Shown here: one piece after another, positions 1 through 18,377 of the stretch
Layout: each line of letters starts with the position of its first letter
Position numbering within the stretch: the stretch's first letter is position 1
The notes under the pieces: generated by a model
The model's input: only the letters and a program-made list of their open reading frames with translations
What the model was told of the DNA's origin: nothing
The model's database searches: none
Origin: Scenedesmus sp. PABB004
Taxonomy: Eukaryota
Direction of reading: 5' to 3'
Assembly: GCA_014905635.1 (NCBI GenBank)
Contig: JABVCE010000024.1
Location: 310,001-374,000, forward strand
Length of the DNA: 64,000 nucleotides
Program-made: the position numbers and the translations under genes

Positions 1-1004
1 AGGCCGGCGGCGTCGGCGGCGTCGTAGAGCACGTTCAGCGTCATCTGGGCCTGGACCTTGATGGTGCGCGCCTCCTTGTCGACCGACAGCACCTTGTTCA
101 GCTTCTCAAGCATCAGCCTGTGTGTATACCATGGGGCGGCGGCGGCGGGCGCGGGCGCGAGGGTGGGGGCGGCGGTGGGTGTGTGCCTCTGTGCCTGTGG
201 CCGGCGGCGAGCGGGCGCGGGCGGAGCGCGCGTGGCGGCGGGGCGGGGTGGGCGGCGGCGGGAGCAGCGCGCACCCGGCCACGAGCGGCGCCTTGCCGTC
301 GACGGTGAAGGGGCTGGTCAGCGTGGGCTGGGGCGCGCACGCGAACGACGACATCGTCGCAAAGCCCGGCCGCGCGGGGCGCATGCGCAGCGGGCGGCCC
401 TCGCGCGCCGCGCGCGCCCGGACGTCCTTAATCGCCGCAGCGAGCTGCTCGGTCGAGTCGGGCGTGATGAGCACGTCGGTCGGGCACGTCACGTGCTCCT
501 GCGGGCGGCGCGCACGTGGGGTGGGGTGGGTGCGAGTGGCACGCCGCCGACGCGGGCCGCGGCGCGACCGGCACGCGCTCGGCGCCTCGCTGCGCGGCGC
601 TCACGTAGGCGCCGCGGTAGCTGTTCTTGGGCACCGGCGGCGGCACGTAGAACGGCACCGCGTAGGGGTTGCCGGGCATCGGCACGCCCGCGGGGAAGAG
701 CTTGCCATCTGCGGCGCGGCGCCGCGCGGCGCCGGCGGCGGCGGACGTCGCGCGGCGGCGGGCCGGGCGCTGCTGCGCGCGCGGCTAGCTGGCTGGGCGT
801 CGCCCGAGCTGGCCGCGCCGCCAGGCGTCAGGCAGGGAGGGCGAGCGGTGGTCACGCGCCCGAGCCAGCAGCAGGGGCTGGCTGCTGCCACGCACCCGGG
901 TCGGGCGGGAAGCTGAGGTCCAGGCGGAGCGGGTCGTCCTTCCCCGCGTGTGCCACCGCGGCCAGCGCCAGCAGCAGGGCCGCGGCCACGGCGGCGCGCG
1001 CCAT
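1..1004 (-). CDS. Secreted FAD-linked oxidase (L-gulonolactone/D-arabinono-lactone oxidase-like), 5' part; runs off the window start
   Basis: Signal peptide MARAAVAAALLLALAAVAHAG from ATG 1004. Exons ~1004-896, 708-605, 498-275, 117-<1. FAD-binding-like segments 'PDSTEQLAAAIK' and 'LEKLNKVLSVDKEARTIKVQAQMTLNVLYDAADAAGL'. Confidence 0.7.
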
Positions 1005-1420
1005 CTCGGCGCGGACCCAAGCGCGGCAATCCCGAGCGCGGGCGCTGTGGTGGCGGGGGAGCGGGTTTATGGACTCGAGCAGCTTTGTGAGAGCACTAGC
1101 TATTTCAGGACGGCTCGGGACTGGCTGGGAAGGCCCCACGCGAGCCGGCACTCCGGCCGTCGCATCGCTGCGTGCACCCGGCTCAGCCGCGACACGCGGC
1201 TGCCGCGCAGGCGCGCGCGCCCCTCCGGCCAGCTGCTGCTGGCCATTGGCCATTGCTCGCGAGCAACCGTGGCCCGCGCCAGGCGCGCAGCGTGGCTGGC
1301 CGCAGCCGGCGGCGATGACGCGCGGCTGCGGCTGGCTGGCGGGTGGGGAGTGAGGCTGCTGCAGCCGCATCTGCGCACGGGGCTGCCGGCGGCGGCCACG
1401 GGTGTGGGGCAGCGGGCTCG

Positions 1421-1425
1421 TTACA
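1421..1425 (-). promoter_or_regulatory. Putative green-algal polyadenylation signal TGTAA of the polyubiquitin gene
   Basis: TTACA on + strand, ~265 nt downstream of the polyubiquitin stop. TGTAA is the established chlorophyte poly(A) signal. Confidence 0.55.
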
Positions 1426-1545
1426 GCTCACGGGCGCGCGGCGCGGCAAGTGGGCGGCGCGAGCGCCGGCGGCGGGCCGCTGCGGGCAGCGGCCCACGCG
1501 CCGGCGGCGGCCGCCCGTTCCGGCTCTCCTCTCGGTCGCCGCTCA

Positions 1546-6688
<5,143 letters not shown>

Positions 6689-6766
6689 GCCCCGTCCCCG
6701 CTGGCGCGATCCGGACGCCGGCGCACGCCCCGCCCGCCCTGCCCGCCCTGCCCGCCCTGCCCCCTG

Positions 6767-7479
6767 CTACTGCTCGTCCAGCTGCTGCTGCTCCTCCTCC
6801 GCCTGCAGTTCCTCCTCTGGCTGCTGCTCCTCCTCTGGCTGCTGCTCCTCCTCTGGCTGCTGCTGCTCCTCTGGCTGCTGCTCCGGCTGCTGCTGCTCCG
6901 GCTGCGCCGCGAGGGCGGCGTCGAGCTGACCAAAGTCCTCCAGCTCCTGCACTGTGTCGGCGTCGCCCACCAGCTGCGCGGTCGCGGCGGCGGGGGCGCC
7001 GGGGGCGGCGGCGTTGTCGGCGCCAGCCGCGTGCGGCGGCACCGGCGGCGCCGGCGCTCGCGCGGCGGGCGTGCCCCGCCCAGCGGGCGTGCCCCGCCCA
7101 CAGCGGCGGCGCCGGGCGGCGGCGGCGGCCCGCGCGCGCACCCGGCCGCCCGCGTGCAGCTGCGGGATGAGGCGCAGGTGGCTGCCCGCGAGCATGTCGT
7201 CCCGGCGCTCCGGGTGGGTGGACAGGTCCACCTGCGCCGCAGAGCGGGGCAGCAGCGGCGCAGCGGCGCGTCGGCGGCCGCCGCGGCCGCGCCGCGCCGC
7301 GCCCTGCCCGCTCGCCCACGGGCGCAGCCAGCCCGTGCGGTGCCCCAGGCGCGGCTTGCCTCCTCGTACTGCACGCCCTTGGTGTCGAGGATGCGCTTGA
7401 TGGTCGCGATGTCGCCCCGGACCTTGGGCAGGGCCGGGATGGACGTGGAGAAGAGGACCACGCCCTGGCCCCCGCCCAT
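6767..7479 (-). CDS. SH3BGR/glutaredoxin-like thioredoxin-fold protein with Glu/Gln-rich tail
   Basis: Exons 7479-7360 (GC donor), 7231-7142, 6973-6767: ILDTKGVQYEE|VDLS..RRDDM..IPQLHAGGR|LVGDADTVQELEDFGQLD. No CxxC. Tail of QQPEE repeats. Confidence 0.8.
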
Positions 7480-8092
7480 CGCCGGTCGCGGACTGGCGCG
7501 GCTCGCCGTCGCCGGATCAGCGCGCGCGGCGGCGGCGGCGGCAGCAGCGGCGGGCGAGGCGCTGCGCGGAGCGCGGTGCGCGCGTGCGAGCCGTGGGCGG
7601 TCTGGCGACGCGGCGGCCGAGCTGTGGACGCCACACGAACCGCACGCGGGTGAAGCAACTGTGTTACGCTCGCTCGCGCAACTGCCTGGTCGACGTCGCC
7701 AAAATCCCCGCCGCCCGCGTCGAGGTCAGCGCCCGCGGCGGCGCTCGCGTCAGCCTGCTGCTACAGTCCCCCGCGCGCCGCCGCAATACGGGCGAGCGCG
7801 CGCGGCCAAGACAACGGATGGATCCGGATGCGGCGACGAGCCTCAAAACCGTCCGGTCGGGCCCGGCGGCCCGGCGGCCCACCCGAGGGCGCTCAAGCGC
7901 ATGCATGCCCCCCTTGCGGTAGTGCTGCCCCACCGCCCCAAAGCCCTCCTCCGCCTGCCCACAAGCCAAGCGTGCGTGGGCCCACAGGCCCGCTGCTGCT
8001 GTCCCAGCGCCCGAGGCTGCGCCGCTCCAGCGCGGGGGTGCGCACGCGGCCGCCGCGGCCGCCGCCGCCCAGCGGCGGCCCAGGCGAGCCGC

Positions 8093-10612
8093 CTACGACG
8101 CGGCCGCCGGCTTGGCGCTGGCCGGCGGCACCGCCGGCGCGGGCGCTGCCGCAGCCGGCGCCCCAGCCGGGGGCGGGGGCGTGCCGGCTGCCGCCGGCGT
8201 GCCCGGCGCTGACACGGGCACCGCCGTGGCCTCCATCGGCTCCGCCTTGACCGCCGGCTTGGCGGCCGGCGCTGAGGCCGCGGCCGACGAGCCCGTGGCG
8301 GCGGGCGCCGCGGCGCCACCCTTGGCGCCGCCGGCCGCCGCCGCCGCCGCGCTGCTGCCCGCGCCCCCAGCGGCCGAGGCCGCCGCGGCGCTGCTGCCCG
8401 CGGCGCCGGCGCCGGCGCCGCTGCTGCCTGCGGCCGCGGCCGCGGCCACCGCGGCCGCGGCAGCCGAGCTCGCGGCCGCCAGCGCGGCGGCCTTGCTGGC
8501 GAGGATGCCCTTGCTGTTGTTGGCCGCCGCCGCCGCGGCGAGCGCCGCGTGCGCGGCGGCAAAGTCGGGCAGGCCGTTGGCGCCGGGCGCGAGCCGCACG
8601 ATCTGCGGCAGCATCGTGCCCGCCGGCAGCTTGCCGCCCGCCGCCGCGGCGGCGGCGCGCTGGCTGGCCGCCACCGCCGCGAGCGCCGACGGCTGCAGCG
8701 ACATCGTCGCGAGCTGCACCATCGGCACGCTGGCGGCGCCGCTCGCGCCACCAGCGCCTGCGCCGGCGCCGCCGCCGGCGCCGCCGGCGCCGCCGCCGCC
8801 CGCGGCCGCTGCCGCGGCCGCGGCCTGCTGCGCCGCCTGCAGGCGCTGCAGCTGCGCCAGCGTGCTCGCCGGCAGCAGGTGCGTGAGCGGGACGCCCATG
8901 CTGCCGAGCAGCTTGGGGTCGATGAGGCCCATCGGCAGCATGCCGCCCAGGCCGGCTGGCATGACCATCACCGTGCTCACGGACGGCAGCCCCGACGCCG
9001 ACGCGCCCGCGGCGCCGCCGCCGCCGGCCTTGCCGCCCGCGCCGCCGCCCGGCCCGCCGCCGCCGCCCTGGCCGCCGCTGCCGCTGCCGGCCGCGTTGCC
9101 GCCGCCGCCGCCGCCGCCGGCGCCCTCGCCCTCCTTCCAGAGCACCTTTGGGCGCTGCATGTCATTCTTGGCGTAGTAGAGCCCGCAGGCGTTGCACAGC
9201 GGGCGGCCGTCGTTCTTGTCCTTTCGCCAGAACGGCGTGCTGCGCGTGCCGCAGTTCTTGCACACCTGCGGGCCGGCGGCGCGGGGGCACAGCGGGTCGG
9301 CGCGGGCGGCGGGTCGGCCGGCGCGGCCGCCGCGCGCCGCGGGCGGCCGGGCCGGCACCTCGCGGCCGTGCCGCGCGCCGCCGCGCGCCGCACCTTCTGC
9401 TCCTTGACCAGCTTGCGGCCGCGCTTCGGCGCGCTCGGGTAGGAGCTCACCGGCGGCGGCGCGGGCTGCGCCTGCGGCTGCGCCTGCTGCGGCGCCTGCG
9501 CCTGCGCCGGCGCCTGCTCCGCCGCGGCGGCGGCCGCCGCGGCCGCGGCGCCGCCGCTCGCCACGTCGCCGCGCTGCCGCTTGCTGCCGCCCGGGTCGGC
9601 CGCCGGCACCGGCGCCGCCGCGGCCGCGGCCTTGCTGGCGCTCGCCGCCGCGGCCGCCGCGGCCGCGCTGGCCGCCGCGCCGCTGGCGGGCGGCAGGTTG
9701 GCGGGCGCGACGGCGCCCGGGTGCACGCCGGACATCGCCGGCAGGCCCGGCACGATGCCGCCGCCCGCGCCCGACATGCTGTGCACGCCCGCCGTCGAGT
9801 GGGCGGGCACCATGCCCGGCACCGTGCCCGTCGCGGCGCTCGGCACCGTCACGCCGTGCGCCGGCATGCCCGGCTGACCGCCGCCGCCGCCGGCCGCCGC
9901 GTGCGCGGCCTCGTCGCCGCCGGGCTGCTGCATCATGCCGCCCCACATGCCGCCCGCCTGCTGCATCCACGCGGCGTACGGGTGCGCGCCCGCCCCCGCG
10001 GCGCCGGGCATCTGCGCCGCCGCCATGTGGGCCATGCCCGCCGGCAGCATCTGCTGCCCCATCGCCCCGCCGGGCGCCGCGCCCGCCATGCCCGCGCCCA
10101 TGCCCGGCCACGCCGCGCCGGGGCTCGCGGCGCCCGGCATCGGCGGCGCGCCGCAGCCGAGCGCCGCCGTCGCGGCCGCGCCGCCCGCGGCCGCCATCGC
10201 CGCGGCGTCGCCGCCGGGCGCGCCGCTGTAGCCGGGCATGCCGCCGCCATACATGCTGGCCATCCACATCTGCCACCACCAGAACATCGCCGCCTGCTGC
10301 TGCTGCTGCTGCATCTGCCACTGCTGCGCAAAGTCCTGCAGCGGCGTGCCCGTCACGGTCGCGCCGGTGGCGGAGCTGCTGCCGTTGCCGCCGGTCGACG
10401 ACGGCGGCGCGGCGCCGGCGCCCGTGCCCGCGGCCGCGGCCGCGGCCGCGCCGGCGTCCTCGCCGGCGCCGGCGCCCACGGCGGAGCCCGAGCCGGCCGC
10501 GGGCGCCGCCGCGCCGGCGCCGTCGGCCGAGCCCGCGGCCGCGGCCCCGGACGACCCGGCCGTCGCACCCGACGCCGACTCCTGCTTGACAGACGCCGCC
10601 GGGGCCTGCTGC

Positions 10613-10663
<51 letters not shown>

Positions 10664-11416
10664 TGCGGTGCTGGTGGTACGCCGTCGTCGACCTGCATCG
10701 GCGCCGGCGCCTGCTGCGCCGCCAGCTCAGCCCCCGCCGGCGCCGCGTCGGCGCCGCTGGCCTGCTGCGGCTGCTGCTGCAGCTGCTGCTGCTGCTGCGC
10801 CTGCTGCGCCTGCTGCGCCTGCTGCTGCTGCGCCGCGGCGGCCGCCAGCTGCTGCTGGTGCGCCGCCTGCGCCTGCGCCTGCGCCTGCGCCTGCGCCGCC
10901 TGCGCCTGCTGCTGCGCGGCCGCGGCCTGGCCCCAGTACTGCTGCATCGCCGCCATCTGGGCCCACATGTAGGGGCCGTACATCTGGCTCATCTGGGCCA
11001 TGTGGGCCATGTGCGGCTGCATGGCCGCCGCAGCGCGGCCGTCGACGCCGTCCTCCTGGCGTGCGGCGGCGGAGGCGGCAGCAGCGGCAGCGGCGCGCGG
11101 GGGTGCGCGGGGTGCGTGGGTGCGGCGTTGAAGGGAGGGAGAGGGGGGTTGAGGGGTGAGCGGCGCGGCCCGCGGGCGCGGAAGCGGCAGCGGCGGCGGC
11201 GGCGGCGGGAGCAGCAGCGGCAGCAGCGGACGGCGCAACGCTCGCGCGGGCGCCGGCGCCGGCCCGCTGCGCCCTCAGCGGCGGCCCGCGTTGCTCTGCC
11301 GAGCCGCCGCTCCGCACCTGCATCGCGGTGGGGCCGCCCTGCGCGAGCGGCGCGGCCTGGTGGTGCACCATGTCCAGCGCGGGCGTGCCCTCCACCAGCC
11401 CGCCCGCGTCCGCCAT
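8093..11416 (-). CDS. GATA zinc-finger transcription factor with poly-Q/A/G low-complexity regions
   Basis: Exons ~11416-11318, 11055-9394, 9265-8093. C-x2-C-x18-C-x2-C finger CKNCGTRSTPFWRKDKNDGRPLCNACGLYY. First exon less certain. Confidence 0.85.
10607..10661. repeat. (CTG/CAG)n microsatellite encoding poly-Gln in the GATA gene
   Basis: Long CTG run with a single TTG interruption. Confidence 0.9.
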
Positions 11417-12125
11417 GCGGGCGCCGCGGGCCTAGAGTGCTCGGGGGATGGGCCTGGGCGCGCGGCGCGGCGACAGCGGGCAGCGCCGGCGAAGGTGAGC
11501 GCTCACAGGCGCCGCCCGGCCCGCAGGCTGCCCAGCTACGCGCGCACGGCGGTGCCCGAACGAAATCCTGGCGAAGCGCGCATCGCCCGGGCCGCCCCGG
11601 GCGCTGGGCGAGCGGCGCTGCTGTGCGGGCCCACCTGTCGCCTCCGCCGCCTGGCTCACGCCGCGCGCCGACCCGTCATGCGTGTGGAGTCTGTCAGCGC
11701 GACGCGCCCCCGTGATGCTCTGCTGGGGCGCGCAAGGAGCCAGGCTCGCCCGGCGACTCGGCAGCGTGCGAGGGCTGCTGCGCCGTCGGCGTGTGGCTGC
11801 CGGGCTGCCGCGCCTTGGTGTGGGACGCGGGCGGCCGAGGAATGCGCGGCGGCGGGCGGCCGGCCGCTCGCGCCTACGACGGCGGCGGGCGCTTCAGCGG
11901 CGACGGCTCCGGCGCCTCGGCGCGCGCAGCCGGGCGAAGGGCATGCTGCTCATGCTGTTACCGCAGCAGGCAGACGCCAGCGGACACACACGCGCATCGC
12001 GCCTGCTGCGACGACGCGCGCCGTCCGACGTTGTGTTGGGTTGGCCCCCAGCCATTGTTCGCCGTGCCCGGCAGCTGCCTGCGTGCACGGCCAAAGCCCC
12101 GGCCCCGCCGGCTGCTGCTCGCGCG

Positions 12126-14446
12126 CTACGCGTCCGCCGCGCCGCCGCCGCGCTCCGCCGCGAGCAGGCGCTGCAGCGCGGCGTCGGCCTCGCCCCACGG
12201 CACCGCGCCGCCGGCCGACGCGGCGGGAAAGAGCTCCATCAGCGGCTCAAACCCGCCCCGCGCCGCGAGCTCCGCGCGCAGCTCGTCCTGCCAGCTCGGC
12301 GCGCGCGGCGCGCGGTCGCCGCGCTCGCCGCCGCCGCCGCCGCGCGGGGGCGCAGGCGGTGCGCGACCATCGACAGCATGTCGCCCAGCATCGCCTGCTT
12401 GGCCGCCTTTATGAGCGCGCGCGTGGCGGGGTCGGCGTGCACGGCCATGATGCTCGGCGCGCTGTTCACCTCCAGCAGCCAGGGGTGCAGCGACTCGTCC
12501 AGCAGGTAGTCCAGGCCGAGCATCTGGAAGCCATAGTTGGCCACGCCCGGCGACAGCCAGCGGTGCGCGGCGCGCAGCGGCCCGAGCACGGCCGCCGCGG
12601 TCGCGGCGCTGTGGCGCCGCATCGTGCCCCACAGCGCGGCCCAGCGCGGCGCGCCGAGCTCGGCCGCGAGCTGCGGCAGGCCCCAGACGAGCGTGTCCTC
12701 GTTGCGCGCGTAGTTGGTCACGTGCCCCGCCGCGGGCTTCACGCCCGCGCCGTCCACCTGGAGGGTGCGGGCGCAGGGGCGCGGGCGCGGCCGCGGGCGT
12801 GGGCGGGGCGACGGGGGCAGGGCGGCGGCGGCCCGCGGGGCAGGGCGGCGGCGGCGGCCGCGCGCTGCTGCCGCGCGCGGCGCACCGGGCGGCGGGCGTC
12901 GTAGGGCTCTCCCGAGAAGAGCACGAGCCCCTCGCTGTGCAGGTAGGCGCGCAGCGGCGCGTGCCCCGTGACCAGCAGCCAGAGGCGCAGGTGGAACTTG
13001 CGGCCGCGGAGGAGCAGCGGGTTGGTAATGTACTGCTGCGCGACCTTGATGTGGCTCTGCGGCTTGCCGGGGTGCCGCGGCGGCCGCAGCGCGACCTGCA
13101 CCGCGCTGCGCGGGGAGGCGGGCACGCGGCGTCGTCGGCGGCGTCGTCGGCGGCGCCGCGCCGTGGCCGGCGCTGGCGCGCGGCCAGCGCGCTCACTGCT
13201 GCGAGCGCACGAGGCGCAGCCCCTTGCCGGCGTCCTGGCCCGTCTTGAGCATCCACAACCCCGTGTCGCCGCCGGCGGGCGCGCCGCTGCCCTGCCCGCC
13301 GCAGCCGCCACCGCTGCCGTCGCTGCCCTGGCCGCCGCCGGCGCCGCTGGCATAGGTGGCCAGATAGGCCTGGAAGGCTGGGAGGTCCTCAGGGATGCAG
13401 AAGCTCAGCGGCACGATGCTGAAGGCCTTGGCGCCCAGCGCCTGCGCCGCGGCGGGCGGGCGGCCAGGCGGCCAGGCGGTCGGGCGGGCGGGGCGAGGGC
13501 GGGGCGAGGGCGGGGCGGGGCGCTGCGGCTGCCGCCGCGGGCGCCGCCGAGGGGCAGCGGGCTGGCGCGCGGCGCACCATGCGCAGCGTCTGGACCATGC
13601 GCTTCTTCATGGTCAGGCAATTGAGCCCCGCGATGGCCGACACGACCTGGCCCCGCCGCAGCAGGCGCGCCGCCTTGATGGCGTACACGCTCTTCGTCCA
13701 GAGCAGCTCCCACTGCTGTGTGTGCCGGTAGCCCAGCTGCGCGTCGTCCGCGCGCAGGCCGCGCGCGGCGGCGCCGCGCGCCGTCGCCGTCGTCGCTGCC
13801 GGGCGGAGCTGGGCCCGGCGCCGTCGGCGGCGGCGGCGCCGCCGGCCGGGCCCCCGGCGCCCGCCGCGGCGGCGTCACTGTCGAGGCTGTCGCTGCTGCC
13901 GCCGCTCGCGCCCAGCCGCGGGCCGCCGCCGCCGCCGCCGCCGGCGCTGGCCGCGGCGAGGCTGAGGCCCGCCAGCGCGGTGGCTGGCGGGGCGGACCCC
14001 GGCGCGGGCTTGTGCGGCCCGCCGCTGCGCGTGCCGCCCATCGCGGTCAGCACATCCTCGATCTCTATGGTCGCCACGCGGCCCTGGCTCCACAGCAGCT
14101 CATCGACCCAGAAGCGAAAGCCCGGCGGCGCCGCCAGCACGCCGCCCGCGACGCCGCCGGCGGCCGCCAGCGCGGCTGCGGGCGCGGTGCGGGGGCGCGG
14201 AGCTCTCAGGAGCGGCGCGGGTGGGCGGCCGGAGCTGCCGGGCAGGGCGCCGGGACGTGGCGGGCTCGGCGCGGCCGGCCGCCGTCGGCCGCCGGCGCCG
14301 AGACGGCGGCTGCCGCCGCGCGCCGCGCCGGCGCGCCCGGGCCGCAGCAGCTCGGCCGCCGCGCTGGACGCACCCGCCGGAGCGCCGGCCTCGCTGTCGT
14401 CCGCCTCGCCGCCCGCGCCGGGACCGGGGCACGCCGGCGCGTCCAT
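12126..14446 (-). CDS. Tubulin-tyrosine ligase-like (TTLL) ATP-grasp protein
   Basis: Motifs WELLWTK, AIAGLNCLTMKK, VPLSFCIPEDL, WMLKTGQDAGKGLRLV, VAQQYITNPLLLRGRKFHLRLWLLVTG, GHVTNYA, FQMLGLDYLLDESLHPWLLEVNSAPS. 5' end uncertain, with a frame break at ~13750-13870. Confidence 0.85.
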
Positions 14447-15045
14447 CGAAAGCTGCGACCGCGCCTGCCACTGGGCAGCCGCAGCGCTGGCCCGCGGCGT
14501 CGGTCGCGCCGTCACCGCGGCGCTTCCAGGTGTCGGCTCATGTCGCGGCAGCGCGCCGAGCGGCCCAGAGGCGCCGCGCGCAGGCAGCGAGGCGCGGGCG
14601 GCCAGCTCGCGGCTCGGCTGCGCGCATGAGCCGCCTCCTGACGAGTTTCTATGGCCGTCGCGCAGCTGTGGGCGAGCAGCGTCGTCGCGCGCTTCAAACC
14701 CAGGTGGCTGTTGAGCTGCCGGCCGCCGCCGCTGCGCCGCCGCACACACGGCTGCGTCGTCTGGGGTCCGCCACACCGCGGCCCACCACCAGCCGCCGCC
14801 ACCACACCTCCGCCGCCACCACCAGACGCCGCCGCCCGACGCCGCTGCGCGACCGCCGCTGCTGCGCTCTCTCGCCGCTCGCAACCCGCACGCCCCCGGC
14901 CAGCCACCCACCGCGCCGCCCGTGCGGTCATGCATGCATGATGCACCCGGCGGCGGCGGCGGCGGCGCGGCGCTAGCGTCGCGGCAGCGCCGCCCGGCGC
15001 GCCGCTGCGCACGCGGACCCCGCTGCTGCCGCGCGGCGCGGCGCG

Positions 15046-17602
<2,557 letters not shown>

Positions 17603-18377
17603 GCGACGGCGCCGCGAGGTGCTGCTGGCTGCGGCTGCTCCGGGGCCCTCGCGGGGCGGCCGCAGTGGAACGAACACGGCCTGTTTCCTTCGTGAAGGGC
17701 TGATCGGCCCGCACCGACCGACGCGGGGCGGCGCTCGCAAGGCGGCGCTTGCGGCGCCGCGCCGCGTGGCAACTCTCCCAGCTGCCTGCGTCTCAGCAGC
17801 GCTGCGATGCTAGCATCGCGCGCGCCGCACGTCGGCCCGGCCGCTCCATGGCGAGCTCGGCCGCGGCGGCCGCGCGCTCTCTAGGCTAGTCTCGGCCCAG
17901 GCACCCCACCCCGCCCGGGCGCGCCTCGCGGCGCCTCGGCGGCGCATGCTGCACACGCTGACCACCCCTGGGCTGAATCCTACCGCGGCGCCGCAGCGAT
18001 CACATGTGCTGCCCACCTGCTGGCGCCGCGGGCCGCCGCTGCCAGCGCACGCCCCGCCCACTGCCGCTGCCGCTGCCGCCGCCCCGCGCCCACGCGCCCG
18101 CGATCGACGCCAACGCCGGAGCGCACCTGGTCAGGAGGGAGCGGGCGCGTGGGCGGGAGCGGGCGTGCGTGCGTGGCCGCGTGGCAGCGATAGCTAGCTG
18201 CTGCTGCCTCGGGGCGGGGGCAACACGACTCGTTCCACTTGTGTACACAGCGGCGGACGAGGACCGACGCCGCGGGGCGGCGCTCGCAAAACGCGGCTTG
18301 CGGCGCTGCACCGCGCGACGACTCTGCGCCGCCACCTGCATCTCTCAGCAGCGGCGCCGCACCCCTCTGCCCCTAAA

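Noticed and set aside
6767..6769. Stop-codon readthrough from the SH3BGR-like ORF into JMJD5
   Set aside because: The TAG is in frame with ATG 6688 but not with the conserved JmjC frame, and the CAGGGG context is not a recognised strong readthrough signal.
10238..10972. Poly-Cys 'metallothionein-like' ORF on the + strand
   Set aside because: It is the antisense reading of the CAG/poly-Gln tracts of the GATA gene.
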